Shown: positions 50,051 to 59,721, numbered from the stretch's first letter. The stretch is 64,000 nucleotides of DNA from Acidimicrobiales bacterium (GCA_036275535.1 DASUDP010000012.1:24314-88313), one strand, 5' to 3'. Notes: generated from the letters alone by a model not told the origin. Numbers and translations: made by a program.

Positions 50051-51628
50051 CTAGATGAAGAAGTCCTTGAGGGTGGCCAGGAGCCACACCGCGGGGAGCA
50101 CGAACAGCAGCCCGTCGAAGCGGTCCATCAGGCCGCCGTGGCCGGGGAGGATCGTGCCCATGTCCTTGACGCCGAGGTCCCGCTTGACGAGCGACTCGCA
50201 GAGGTCGCCCAGCGGCGCGAACAACGCCACGGCCAGCCCCACGAGGGCCCCCTCGCCGAAGGAGTCGATGGGCCCGAAGCCGATGAGGGCGCTGAGCACG
50301 ACCACCACGACGAAGGCCACCGCGCACCCGCCGGCCAGGCCCTCGACGGTCTTGTTCGGGCTGGCCGCCGATAGCGGCTGGCGCCCGGCGTTCTTGCCGA
50401 TGAACAGCCCGCCGACGTCGTAGCCGACCGTGCCGATGATGGCCGCGAGGAGGAGGCCGAGGCCCGGGTCCCCGATGCCGAGCATGAGCCCCGCGAAGGA
50501 TCCGAAGAGGCCCACCCAGAGCAGCCCGGCCAACGTGACCCCGATGTTCATCACCGGGTTCTCGGCCGCCGCGCCGACCAGGTACCAGAGCAGGCACACG
50601 GCCGTCGCCAGGAAGAGAACTGTCGGCACCGCCGCCGTGCCGTAGTTGTAGGCGCCGACCACGAGGCCGACCGACCCGACGATCCCGACCAGGGCCACCG
50701 GCTGGTAGCCGACCTGGCGCAGCACGCCGTAGAGCTCGGCGACGGCGAGGCCGATGACGACCGTCACGAGGGCCAGGGCGGGGGCGGGCCCCATCTTGAA
50801 CATGATGAGGGCGACGGCCAGGAAGGCCACGCCCACGCCGACGGCGACGCCCATGTCGCGGTCGCCGCCGCTGCCGCCGGCGCGCGCCGGCGGGCGGCCG
50901 GAGGGACGGCCGGCGCGGTGGCCACCACTCGCGACGGGCCGCCGATCGCGGGTGCGGGCATGAGGCTGGGGCTCGTCGTAGGGGACGAGCACCTCGTCTT
51001 CGACCTCAGGCTCCCAGGCGGCCTCGAAGCCGTCGTCCTCGGCGAGGTCGATGTCGTCCGCGTCGGCGAACACCGACGAGCCGGGCACCACGGTCTCGTC
51101 GAGGTCGGCGAAGGAGAAGTAGTCGTCGTGGGTGGGCCGCTCGCTCGTGTCGAGCGCGCCGAGGCGGTCGTCGACGTCGTCGGCGCCCCAGGAGGCCACG
51201 TCGTCGAAGTCGTCGTCGTGGTGGCCGGTGTCGTCGCGCCAGCGGGGGGCCGAGGCGGCGAAGCTGGCCCAGTCCTCGCTCTCCCCGTCGGCGTCGTCGC
51301 CTCCCTCGGGCAGGATCTGCGGCACCTGGCCGGTGGCGGGCTCGGTCCAGTGCGGGAGCTCGACCGGCTCGGAGATCGGCTCGGCCACCGCCGGGCGCTC
51401 GATGTCGCGCGGGTCGGAGGAGGAACCGAGCGGGAATCGCAGCACGGGCCGGGGCCCCTCCCCCGCCGGCGACTGCGGGCGGTCGCCGTAGCGGGGCTGG
51501 TCGTCGCCGCGACGCGGGGCGACGTCGCCACGCTCCAGGGCCTCGGCGGCCTCCTCGGCGCCGATGATCCGCACCCCTTCACTGGGCGGGTCGGTGCGCT
51601 TGTCCTCTGGTCGGCGTTCGTGGTCCAT
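50051..51628 (-). CDS. cdsA: phosphatidate cytidylyltransferase with 258-aa acidic N-terminal extension
   Basis: The C-terminal 265 aa are a canonical CdsA (SLVKRDLGVKDMGTILPGHGGLMDRFDG). ATG 51626-51628 is preceded by AAGGAGG with a 4-nt spacer, which supports translation of the whole 525-aa ORF. Confidence 0.88.
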   Translation of the reverse strand: MDHERRPEDKRTDPPSEGVRIIGAEEAAEALERGDVAPRRGDDQPRYGDRPQSPAGEGPRPVLRFPLGSSSDPRDIERPAVAEPISEPVELPHWTEPATGQVPQILPEGGDDADGESEDWASFAASAPRWRDDTGHHDDDFDDVASWGADDVDDRLGALDTSERPTHDDYFSFADLDETVVPGSSVFADADDIDLAEDDGFEAAWEPEVEDEVLVPYDEPQPHARTRDRRPVASGGHRAGRPSGRPPARAGGSGGDRDMGVAVGVGVAFLAVALIMFKMGPAPALALVTVVIGLAVAELYGVLRQVGYQPVALVGIVGSVGLVVGAYNYGTAAVPTVLFLATAVCLLWYLVGAAAENPVMNIGVTLAGLLWVGLFGSFAGLMLGIGDPGLGLLLAAIIGTVGYDVGGLFIGKNAGRQPLSAASPNKTVEGLAGGCAVAFVVVVVLSALIGFGPIDSFGEGALVGLAVALFAPLGDLCESLVKRDLGVKDMGTILPGHGGLMDRFDGLLFVLPAVWLLATLKDFFI

Positions 51629-51659
51629 GGGACCTCCTTGCGTCGGTGGTGCCCGGCGC

Positions 51660-51680
51660 GACCCGGCCGGCGGCCGGGTC
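51660..51680 (-). terminator. intercistronic GC hairpin between frr and cdsA (attenuator/terminator candidate)
   Basis: GACCCGGCC-ggc-GGCCGGGTC, a 9-bp stem 5 nt after the frr stop. Confidence 0.4.
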
Positions 51681-51685
51681 CGCAG

Positions 51686-52255
51686 TCAGACCTCGAGCAG
51701 CTCGTGTTCCTTCTGCTCGAGGGCCTTGTCGATCTCGGCCTCCTGGGCGTGGGTGAGCTTGTCCAGCTCCTTCTCGGCCCGGGTGAGGTCGTCCTCGGTG
51801 ATGTCCCCCTCCTTCTGCAGCGCGTCGAACTCGTGGCGAGCGCTGCGCCGGAGGTTCCGGATGGCGATGCGGCCGTCCTCGGCCATCCCCTTCACGACCC
51901 GCACGAGGTCCTTGCGGCGCTCGGCGGTCAGCTGGGGGAAGGTGAGGCGGATGACCTGGCCGTCGTTGCTGGGGTTGAGCCCCAGGTCGGAGTGCTGGAT
52001 CGCCTTCTCGATGGCGCCGAGGGCGCCCTTGTCGTACGGGCTGATGACGAGCATGCGGGCCTCGGGCACCTGGAAGCCGGCGATCTGCTGGAGCGGCACC
52101 TCGCTCCCGTAGTACTCGACGGGCAGCTTCTCCACCAGGGCGGGGGCGGCCCGGCCCGTGCGGATGCCGGAGAACTCGGCGCGCGCGTGCTCGACGGCCT
52201 TGTGCATCTTCTCGGCGGTGTCGTCGAGGATGAGCTTCAGCAGCTCGGTGCTCAT
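51686..52255 (-). CDS. frr: ribosome recycling factor
   Basis: ORF 51686..52354 trimmed to ATG 52253-52255 ([23 protein letters not shown]...). ATGA overlap with the pyrH stop. Confidence 0.96.
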   Translation of the reverse strand: MSTELLKLILDDTAEKMHKAVEHARAEFSGIRTGRAAPALVEKLPVEYYGSEVPLQQIAGFQVPEARMLVISPYDKGALGAIEKAIQHSDLGLNPSNDGQVIRLTFPQLTAERRKDLVRVVKGMAEDGRIAIRNLRRSARHEFDALQKEGDITEDDLTRAEKELDKLTHAQEAEIDKALEQKEHELLEV

Positions 52256-52968
52256 CGGACCACAGTACCGATCGACCCTCCGGAGAGGATGGACCGGACG
52301 TTGCCCTTGCCCAGCAGGTCGAACATCACGATGGGCAGGGCGTTGTCCATGCACAGCGTGATGGCGGTGGAGTCCATGGCCTTCAAGCCGCGGTTGAGCA
52401 CGTCGAGATAGGTGACCTCGGGGATGAGGGTGGCGTCGGGGTTGGTGCGGGGATCGTCGGTGTAGAGCCCCTCCACCCCGGAGTGGGTGCCCCGGAGCAT
52501 GGCCTCGGCCTCGATCTCGACGGCCCGCAGCGCGGCAGCCGTGTCGGTCGTGAAGAACGGGTTGCCCGTCCCCCCGGCGAAGATGACGACCCGCCCCTTC
52601 TCGAGGTGCCGGATGGCCCGCCGCCGGATGTAGGGCTCGGCGACCTGGGACATGTGGATGGCGGTCTGCACGCGGGTGGGCTGCCCCAGGCGCTCGAGCG
52701 TGTCCTGGAGGGCCAGCGAGTTGATGACCGTGGCCAGCATGCCCATGTAGTCGGCCTGGGCGCGGTCCATGCCGGCCCCGGCCCCCGTCATGCCCCGCCA
52801 GATGTTGCCCCCGCCGACGACCACGGCCACGTCGACGCCGAGCTGGCGGGCCTCGACGATCTCGCCCGCGACGAACTCTGCGACCTTGCCGTCGATGGGG
52901 TTGTCGACTCCAGCGAACGCCTCGCCGGAGAGCTTCAGCAGGACCCGGCGGTAGGTCGGCGTGCTCAA
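52252..52968 (-). CDS. pyrH: UMP kinase
   Basis: 238 aa. [13 protein letters not shown] and [13 protein letters not shown] motifs. TTG start overlaps the tsf stop (TTGA). Confidence 0.96.
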   Translation of the reverse strand: MSTPTYRRVLLKLSGEAFAGVDNPIDGKVAEFVAGEIVEARQLGVDVAVVVGGGNIWRGMTGAGAGMDRAQADYMGMLATVINSLALQDTLERLGQPTRVQTAIHMSQVAEPYIRRRAIRHLEKGRVVIFAGGTGNPFFTTDTAAALRAVEIEAEAMLRGTHSGVEGLYTDDPRTNPDATLIPEVTYLDVLNRGLKAMDSTAITLCMDNALPIVMFDLLGKGNVRSILSGGSIGTVVR

Positions 52969-53750
52969 GACCCGATGTAGACCTGGGCGAACCGGGCGAT
53001 CTGGGCGTCGCCCAGCAGCTGCGTGATCGACTGCTTGTCGTCCTTGGCGTAGGGCTGCTCGAGGAGCACCTGGTCCTTGTACCAGGCGTTCAGGCGGCCC
53101 TCGACGATCTTCTCGATGGCCTGCTCGGGCTTGCCCTCGGCTCGGGTGATGCCCTCGAGCGTGTCGCGCTCGGCGTCGGCTTCGGCCTGCGGGACCTCGT
53201 CACGGCGGAGGTACTTCGGCTTGTAGAAGGCGGCCGAGACGGCCACCTCGTGGGCCAGCTCGGCGTCACCGCCGTCGAGGACGACCACGACCGCGTTCAC
53301 GCCGCGGCCCTCCTGCTTGTGCAGGTAGGTGTCGACGGGCTGCCCCGGGGCGACGTCGACGCGGACCACGCGCCCGACCTCGATGTTCTCCTTGAGGGTG
53401 ACCTTGAGGTCGTCGACCCGCTCCTTGTGCTCGTCGACCGAGCCGCCGGCCAGGACCGTCTGGAGGAGCTGGTCGAGCACGGCGAGGAAGTCGTCCGACT
53501 TGGCGACGAAGTCCGTCTCGCACTTGAGCTCGACGATGGCAGCGGCGTCGTCGGTGCGACCGACGGCCACGGCCCCCTGGGTGTTCTCGCGGTCGGAGCG
53601 GTCGACCGACTTGGCCAGGCCCTTTTCGCGGAGGGACTTGGCGGCGGCGTCGAAGTCGCCCCCGGTCTCTTCGAGGGCGCGCTTGGCGTCCATCATCCCG
53701 GCGCCGGTGGCCTGGCGCAGGGTCTGCACGTCCTTGGCGGTGAACGACAT
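52965..53750 (-). CDS. tsf: elongation factor Ts
   Basis: 261 aa. [26 protein letters not shown] (UBA-like N-terminus). Confidence 0.96.
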   Translation of the reverse strand: MSFTAKDVQTLRQATGAGMMDAKRALEETGGDFDAAAKSLREKGLAKSVDRSDRENTQGAVAVGRTDDAAAIVELKCETDFVAKSDDFLAVLDQLLQTVLAGGSVDEHKERVDDLKVTLKENIEVGRVVRVDVAPGQPVDTYLHKQEGRGVNAVVVVLDGGDAELAHEVAVSAAFYKPKYLRRDEVPQAEADAERDTLEGITRAEGKPEQAIEKIVEGRLNAWYKDQVLLEQPYAKDDKQSITQLLGDAQIARFAQVYIGS

Positions 53751-53790
53751 GGGGTGGGGAGCTCCTCGGGGGTGGGCGTACGGGGGAGGG

Positions 53791-53815
53791 GGGCGGACCG
53801 TCGCTCGGTCCGCCC
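53791..53815 (-). terminator. intercistronic GC hairpin between rpsB and tsf (attenuator candidate)
   Basis: GGGCGGACCG-tcgct-CGGTCCGCCC, a 10-bp stem 9 nt after the rpsB stop. Confidence 0.5.
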
Positions 53816-53824
53816 TCGGCGGGA

Positions 53825-54811
53825 TCAGCCCTCGGCGGGAGCCTCGGGGGTGGCCTCGGCGGCCGGCGCGTCATCAGCGGGGGCCTCAGGCCCGGGGGCC
53901 TCGACCGCATGGGCCTCGACGGCGGGCGCCTCGGCGGCCGGGGTCGGCTCGGCCTCGACGACCGGCGTGGCAGCGGCGGGCGTGACGCCGGCGGCGAGGC
54001 GGGCGTCGCGCTCCTGCTGGGCCAGCAGGGCCTGGCGGCGGGCCTCGGCCTGCTGGGCAGCCACGCGGGCCTCCTCGTCCTCGCTGCGCACGGCGGTGGG
54101 GGCGGCGGCGGCGCCGCCACGGCGGGAGGCGATGTATCGGCCCTCCTCGACGGCGTCGGCGATCACGCGGCACATGAGCGTGCCGGAGCGGATGGCGTCG
54201 TCGTTGCCAGGGATGACGTACTGGATGACGTCTGGGTCGCAGTTGGTGTCGACGACGGCGATGATCGGCAGGCCGAGCTTGTTGGCCTCGGTGACGCCGA
54301 TGTGCTCCTTCTTGGTGTCCAGGATGAACACCGCGTCGGGCAGCTTGTCCATCTGGGCGATGCCGCCGAGGTTGCGCTCCAGCTTCTCGAGCTCGCGGCT
54401 GAGGAGGAGGGCTTCCTTCTTGGGCATGGCGTCGAACTCGCCGGAGGCCCGCATGCGGCGGTACTCCTGCATCTTGGCCACGCGCTTGCCGATGGTCTCG
54501 AAGTTGGTGAGCATGCCGCCCAGCCAGCGCTGGTTGATGTACGGCATCCCGACCTTCTCGGCGTAGCTCTGGATCGGGTCCTGGGCCTGCTTCTTGGTGC
54601 CGATGAACAGGATCGTGCCGCCGTCGGCGACGAGGTCGCGCACGAAGGTGTAGGCGGTCTCGATGCGGGTCAGCGTCTGCTGGAGGTCGATGATGTAGAT
54701 GCCGTTGCGCTCACCGAAGATGAAGCGCTTCATCTTCGGGTTCCAACGGCGGGTCTGGTGTCCGAAGTGGACACCAGCCTCGAGCAGCTGCTTCATGGTG
54801 ACGACGGCCAC
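53825..54811 (-). CDS. rpsB: 30S ribosomal protein S2 with about 90-aa Ala/Glu/Pro-rich C-terminal extension
   Basis: ORF 53825..54991 trimmed to GTG 54809-54811 ([27 protein letters not shown]), preceded by AAAGGAG with a 5-nt spacer. Confidence 0.96.
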   Translation of the reverse strand: MAVVTMKQLLEAGVHFGHQTRRWNPKMKRFIFGERNGIYIIDLQQTLTRIETAYTFVRDLVADGGTILFIGTKKQAQDPIQSYAEKVGMPYINQRWLGGMLTNFETIGKRVAKMQEYRRMRASGEFDAMPKKEALLLSRELEKLERNLGGIAQMDKLPDAVFILDTKKEHIGVTEANKLGLPIIAVVDTNCDPDVIQYVIPGNDDAIRSGTLMCRVIADAVEEGRYIASRRGGAAAAPTAVRSEDEEARVAAQQAEARRQALLAQQERDARLAAGVTPAAATPVVEAEPTPAAEAPAVEAHAVEAPGPEAPADDAPAAEATPEAPAEG

Positions 54812-55000
54812 GAGGGCTCCTTTCCCGGGGTTCGCTGTGCCAGCCGGAGCCGGCGCCGGACCTGGCGCCTCTGACGAGGCGACCGCGGGATGGTCCGGTT
54901 GCAGGGTGTGTGTGCATGGCCAGGCGGTCGCATGGCCGAGGGGCGATGCTAGCGGCGTCGCCGGCCGATGGGCCAACGGGGCCGGGAACACGTCCGGCGC

Positions 55001-56680
55001 TCACCCGGGGGCGACGCCGCCCACCGCCAGGGCGCCCCAGGCGCTCGATCCGAGCGTGTCCTCGCCGAGGCTCACCACCTCACCCTCGAGGTGGCCGAGG
55101 AGCGCCTCGCCGAATCCCAGGCAGCCCGGCGGCAGACCGCCGACGGCGAGGGCGACCTCCCGGCCCGCCTCGGTGCTCCCGGGAAGCTGGTCGTGGGCCG
55201 TCAGCCCGTCGACGGGGACCACGACCTGCTCGGCGCCGTCGACCACCGTGCGGGGCACGGGCACCACCAGGTCCCCGCGGGCGGCGATGGATCGCACCTC
55301 GACCCCCGCGGGGAGGGGCTGGCCATCCAGGTCGTGGATGAAGTCGGAGGTCTCGGCCAGCTGGGCGGCCGACGGGGCGTCCGCATCGAGCCCGGTGAGC
55401 CAGCCACCCACGGCGAGGAGCTGTCCCCCGGCGGCGGTGCTGTTCACGGCCATGGCGGCGGTGGCCAGGTCGGCCCCATGGTGCGGGGTGCCGAGGGTGA
55501 CCACGACCCCGAGGTGGTCGAACCAGGCATCGGGGTGCCGCCGGGCCAGCTCGACCAGCGCCGCCCGGACCACGAGCCCGCCCTGGGAGTGGGCGTAGAG
55601 GTCGAGCGGCACGGTCGGCGAGCGGGCGATCGCCGCCTCGATGAGCTCGGCCAGGCGGCGGCCGCTCTCCCACAGGTCGGCCTGGCTGTCGCGCCGGTCG
55701 TAGGGCGTCGACTCGATGCCGGCGTAGGAGGCGCCGGCGGAGGGGGTGGTGCCGCCCTGGTAGCTGAACCGGGCGACGTCGGCCGGTTCGTAGCCCACCG
55801 CGGCCAGATCGAGGTCGTCGATGGCGGCCGACTCGCTGGTGGAGCCCAGGCCACCGACCCGGATGGCGAGGCGGCGATCCGCCGGGGGCGCCACCTCCAC
55901 GTCGTCCGAGGTGCAGGGCCGGGTGGCGTCGGCGTAGGCCCGGCGGGCGGCCCCGAGCGCGGCAGCGGCCCCCCGCACCGGGATCGGCACCGCGTAGTGG
56001 GCGGCGGTGCGGAGCAGCTCCCGGCCGTGGGCCTGCATCCACGCCGTGCTGGCGGCGGCTCGGTCGACGGCCCCCTCGGCGACCCACCCGAGGGCGTCGC
56101 CCATGCCGCCGAGGGCGCCACCCACCAGCTGGGTGACGGCACTGCGCTCCCCTCCCGGACCGAGGCCCGGGGGGATGTCGAAGGGGACCAGGCGCACCGC
56201 CACGGGCTGGGCGGCGAACAGCGAGGCCGGGTCGAAGTAGGCGTCGCCTCGTCGCGCGCCGAGGTGGAGGTGGCCCTGGGTGGTGCCCACCACGTCGCCT
56301 TGGTGCAGGCGCTGCCCGACGACGACCCGCACTTCGTCCAGGAAGGCGTAGGTCGTGCGCACGTCGTCGGCGTGGTGCACCGTGACGTGGTGGGCCCCGG
56401 CGACGGTCCCCGCGAACACCACCACCCCGTCGGCGGTGACCGACACCTCCGTGCCGGGGTCGGTGCCGTACTCCAGACCCCGGTTGCCTGGCGCCCATGG
56501 GGCGGCTGGCGCCCGGAACGGATCGACGACCGGCGCGGACACCGGCGGGACGTGGACTGGGGGCGGCTCGGCGGCCGCGGGCGGCGCCACCAGGGGAAGG
56601 GCGGCGAGGGCGGCCGCCAGCGTGGCGACGAGGAGCCGCGCCGGGGCGCGACGACGGACGAGCGGTGGGCGGCGGGCCAC
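55001..56680 (-). CDS. secreted fusion protein: M23 metallopeptidase domain plus lipase-like alpha/beta-hydrolase domain
   Basis: 559 aa with a GTG start after GGGGAGG. Arg-rich signal-like N-terminus. M23 motifs HHADD (HxxxD) and GHLHLG (HxH). The C-terminal half carries VGGLGST, LYAHSQGG (GxSxG) and TLGTPHHGA. Confidence 0.8.
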   Translation of the reverse strand: MARRPPLVRRRAPARLLVATLAAALAALPLVAPPAAAEPPPVHVPPVSAPVVDPFRAPAAPWAPGNRGLEYGTDPGTEVSVTADGVVVFAGTVAGAHHVTVHHADDVRTTYAFLDEVRVVVGQRLHQGDVVGTTQGHLHLGARRGDAYFDPASLFAAQPVAVRLVPFDIPPGLGPGGERSAVTQLVGGALGGMGDALGWVAEGAVDRAAASTAWMQAHGRELLRTAAHYAVPIPVRGAAAALGAARRAYADATRPCTSDDVEVAPPADRRLAIRVGGLGSTSESAAIDDLDLAAVGYEPADVARFSYQGGTTPSAGASYAGIESTPYDRRDSQADLWESGRRLAELIEAAIARSPTVPLDLYAHSQGGLVVRAALVELARRHPDAWFDHLGVVVTLGTPHHGADLATAAMAVNSTAAGGQLLAVGGWLTGLDADAPSAAQLAETSDFIHDLDGQPLPAGVEVRSIAARGDLVVPVPRTVVDGAEQVVVPVDGLTAHDQLPGSTEAGREVALAVGGLPPGCLGFGEALLGHLEGEVVSLGEDTLGSSAWGALAVGGVAPG

Positions 56681-56809
56681 GGGGCCTCCCCTGCAGGGCG
56701 CGCGGGAACGAACGGAGCAGGGGGAAGCGGGGGGACCGGCCCGCCGTCCGGCGGTCGGTCGATCTCGGGGGGTCGGGGCGGGCGTGCCGTCAGCAGCCCA
56801 CCCCGGGTG

Positions 56810-57589
56810 TCAGGCCGGTTCGCGCTCGCTGGCCGCCAGCCGCGACCGCAGCTGGATGACCGACTTGGTGTGGATCTGGCAGACCCGGCTCTCGGTGACC
56901 CCGAGGATGGAGCCGATCTCCGCGAGGGTGAGGCCCTCGTAGTAGTAGAGGGTGAGGACGGTCTTCTCGCGCTCGGGCAGCCGGTTGATGGCGTCGGCCA
57001 GGATGTGGCGCATCTCCTCGACCTCGTAGGCCGCCACGGGCCCCAGGCCCTGGTCGGCCAGTGTGTCGCCGAGGGTGGTGGCGTCGCTGCGGTCTCCGGT
57101 GGAGAGCATCTCGTCGAGCGCCACCAGGCCGGTGAAGGAGATCTGCCCGAGGGTGGTCTGGAGCTGGTCGTCGGTGAGGTCGAGCTCGTGGGCCAGCTCG
57201 CGATCGGTCGGGGTGCGGTGGAGCTGGGCCTCGAGCTTGGAGTACGCCTTCTCGAGGGCCCGGGCCTTGGCCCGCACCGACCGTGGCACCCAGTCGATCG
57301 AGCGGAGCTCGTCGAGGATGTTCCCCTTGATCCGGGCGATGGCGTAGGTCTCGAACTTGAAGCCCCGCTCGAGGTCGAACTTCTCGATGGCGTCGATGAG
57401 GCCAAAGATCCCGTAGGAGACGAGGTCGGCCTGGTCGACGTTCTGGGGCAGCCCGGTGGCCACCCGGCCGGCCACGTACTTGACGAGCGGGGCGTAGTGG
57501 ACGATCAGCTGATCCCGCAGCCCACCGTCACCGGTGGACTTGTACTCGGCCCACAGCCGCTCGATGTCCGGTTCGGGATCGTTCGTCAA
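56810..57589 (-). CDS. FliA/WhiG-family (sigma-28-type) RNA polymerase sigma factor
   Basis: Real part of ORF 56810..58555. TTG start at 57587-57589, with GAGAGG 7 nt upstream. Region 2 ([18 protein letters not shown]) and region 4 HTH ([24 protein letters not shown]). Confidence 0.88.
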   Translation of the reverse strand: MTNDPEPDIERLWAEYKSTGDGGLRDQLIVHYAPLVKYVAGRVATGLPQNVDQADLVSYGIFGLIDAIEKFDLERGFKFETYAIARIKGNILDELRSIDWVPRSVRAKARALEKAYSKLEAQLHRTPTDRELAHELDLTDDQLQTTLGQISFTGLVALDEMLSTGDRSDATTLGDTLADQGLGPVAAYEVEEMRHILADAINRLPEREKTVLTLYYYEGLTLAEIGSILGVTESRVCQIHTKSVIQLRSRLAASEREPA

Positions 57590-57605
57590 GGTGAAGCCTC
57601 TCGCC

Positions 57606-58487
57606 CTAGGCCCGTGGGTGGGTGGCGTCGTAGACGGACCGGAGCCGCTCACGGCTGACGTGAGTGTACCGCTGGGTGGTCGCCAGGTCGGCGTGGCCGA
57701 GCAGCTCCTGGACGGCGCGCAGGTCGGCGCCCCCGTCGAGGAGGTGGGTGGCGAAGGTGTGGCGCAGCGCGTGGGGGTGCGTCGGAGCGGCGGCCCGACG
57801 GTCGAGGAGGCGCCGGACGTCCCGGGGCGTGAGCCGCTTACCCCGCTGGTTGACGAACACCGCCGAGGCTGCCTCCTCCTGGCGCTGCATCGCCGGGCGG
57901 CCCTCGGCCAGCCAGCGCTCGAGCGCGGCCACGGCCGGCTCCCCGAGGGGCACGGCCCGCTGCTTGCCTCCCTTGCCCCACACGGCGGCCCGGCCGCGGG
58001 GCAGGTCGAGGTCGCCGACGTCGAGGGAGCACAGCTCCCCCACCCGCAGCCCGGCGCCGTAGAGCACCTCGAGCACGGCATCGTCCCGGGCCCGCACCGC
58101 CGGCTGGTCCTCCTCGCAACGGGCGGGCGGCTCGTCGAGCAGGGCGTTGAGCTCCTCCTGGCGCAGCACCCTGGGGAGGCGGCCATCCCCACGCGGTGCC
58201 GTGAGGCCGAGGGACGGATCGGCGGCGGTGAGCTCCTGGCGGGTCGCCCACCGGAAGTAGCGGCGCAGCGCGGAGGCCTTGCGGGCCATCGACCGCCGGG
58301 CGTAGCCCTCGCTGGCAAGGTGGGCCATGTACCGGCGCAGGACGAGCCGATCGACGCCGGTCGGGCCCTTGACGCCTTGCGCCTCGGCCCACGCGGAGAA
58401 GCCGGCGAGGTCGCGGCGGTAGGCCTCGATCGTGCGCGGGGCGACGGCCGTGAGCGACGCCACGAAGTCGTCCCCGCGCCAAGCCAT
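57606..58487 (-). CDS. xerC: tyrosine recombinase XerC/XerD family (chromosome dimer resolution type)
   Basis: ORF 57606..58775 trimmed to ATG 58485-58487. [11 protein letters not shown] and [13 protein letters not shown] catalytic motifs. Position next to dprA as in mycobacteria. Confidence 0.9.
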   Translation of the reverse strand: MAWRGDDFVASLTAVAPRTIEAYRRDLAGFSAWAEAQGVKGPTGVDRLVLRRYMAHLASEGYARRSMARKASALRRYFRWATRQELTAADPSLGLTAPRGDGRLPRVLRQEELNALLDEPPARCEEDQPAVRARDDAVLEVLYGAGLRVGELCSLDVGDLDLPRGRAAVWGKGGKQRAVPLGEPAVAALERWLAEGRPAMQRQEEAASAVFVNQRGKRLTPRDVRRLLDRRAAAPTHPHALRHTFATHLLDGGADLRAVQELLGHADLATTQRYTHVSRERLRSVYDATHPRA

Positions 58488-58527
58488 CCGAGCACGGTAC
58501 CCCCGGGCTGGATCGGCGGGCGTGCAC

Positions 58528-59721
58528 TCACGACGCGGCCCGCCGTTCGTACCAACCGCCGTCGACGCCGACCCAGCCCGCCGCCACCAGGCCCTCCAGG
58601 GCGACGGCCAGCTCGGGGAGGGCCAGCCCCGTGCGCACGGCCAGGTGCTCGAGGGTGGCCGGCTCCCAGTCGAAGGCCTCCAGGACCGACGTCCCGACCG
58701 TGGACGGCGCGTCCCGGTGCTCGACGACGCGGCGCCGACGGGCCCGCTGCAGGCCGAGCGCCACGAGGACGTCACCGGCGTCGCGCACGGGGTGGCAGCC
58801 CTCGGCCAGGAGCTGGTTGCTGCCCGCCGCGGCGGCGCTGCGGACCGAGCCGGGCACGGCCATGACGTCGATGTCGCGGTGGATCGCCTCCTGGACCGTG
58901 TGCAGCGATCCGCCGGCGGCGTGGGACTCCACCACGACGACGACGTCGGCCAGCGCCGCGATCACCCGGTTGCGGGCCGGGAAGCGCCACCCGGTCGGCC
59001 GGGTGCCCAGCGGGGCTTCGCTGACGAGCAGGCCCCGATCGGCGACGGTCCGCCAGAGCTCTCGGTGCCGGGTCGGGTAGACGACGTCGTGACCCGAGCC
59101 GACGACGCCGATCGGCGGGGCGGCGTCGTCGTGGGCGCTCATCGCATCGAGCACGCCCCGGTGGGCGGCGCCGTCGATGCCCAGCGCCAGGCCGGACACC
59201 ACGTGCACCCCCGCCGCGGACAGCTCGCGGCCCAGCTCGCGAGCGACGCCCGCCCCCACCCCGGTGCAGCGGCGGGTGCCCACGATGGCCACGCGCGGCC
59301 CCTCGAGGTGCTCGAGCGGGCCCTGGGTGAGCAGCACGGCGGGCGGCTCGAGATCGTCGACCAGCGCCTCGGGGTAGGACGGCCAGGCGGGATCGGCCTC
59401 GTCCTCCTGGGAGCCTCGGGCCCCGGGGTGCACCCGCACCGCCACCCCGGCGGCCGCGTGCGCGGCCAGCACGGCGGTGAGGTCGATGCCGCGGCCGGCC
59501 GCGCTCCACGCCTCCGTGAGGGCGGTGAGGCCGGCCTCGCCGCCGAGCACCTCCTGGAGGAGGGAGCGGCGCCCGGAGGTGGCGAGCACCCAGGCCTCGG
59601 CCGGGGCGCGGCCGGCCAGCAGCGCGGTGAGCCGGCGCGGCCCCACCGAGGGGAGGCCGGCCAGCGCCGCCGCCGCTCCCAGCTGCTGCTCCACCGTTGT
59701 CGGCTCGCCGGGCCTGTTCAC
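58528..59721 (-). CDS. dprA: DNA-processing protein DprA
   Basis: ORF 58528..60207 trimmed to GTG 59719-59721, which overlaps the comM stop. [15 protein letters not shown] and [11 protein letters not shown] motifs. Confidence 0.9.
   Translation of the reverse strand: MNRPGEPTTVEQQLGAAAALAGLPSVGPRRLTALLAGRAPAEAWVLATSGRRSLLQEVLGGEAGLTALTEAWSAAGRGIDLTAVLAAHAAAGVAVRVHPGARGSQEDEADPAWPSYPEALVDDLEPPAVLLTQGPLEHLEGPRVAIVGTRRCTGVGAGVARELGRELSAAGVHVVSGLALGIDGAAHRGVLDAMSAHDDAAPPIGVVGSGHDVVYPTRHRELWRTVADRGLLVSEAPLGTRPTGWRFPARNRVIAALADVVVVVESHAAGGSLHTVQEAIHRDIDVMAVPGSVRSAAAAGSNQLLAEGCHPVRDAGDVLVALGLQRARRRRVVEHRDAPSTVGTSVLEAFDWEPATLEHLAVRTGLALPELAVALEGLVAAGWVGVDGGWYERRAAS

Noticed and set aside
54946-54976. 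A candidate rpsB promoter, TTGGCC - 19 nt - TAGCAT on the minus strand.
   Set aside because: The spacer is 2 nt longer than optimal and the -35 is weak. Comparable hexamer pairs arise by chance, so it is not reported as a feature.
57606-58487. A tyrosine recombinase as a marker of an integrated mobile element or island.
   Set aside because: The sequence and its position next to dprA-comM-yraN and the sigma factor match the housekeeping XerC of actinobacteria. I saw no flanking tRNA, direct repeats, phage or conjugation genes, or compositional shift.
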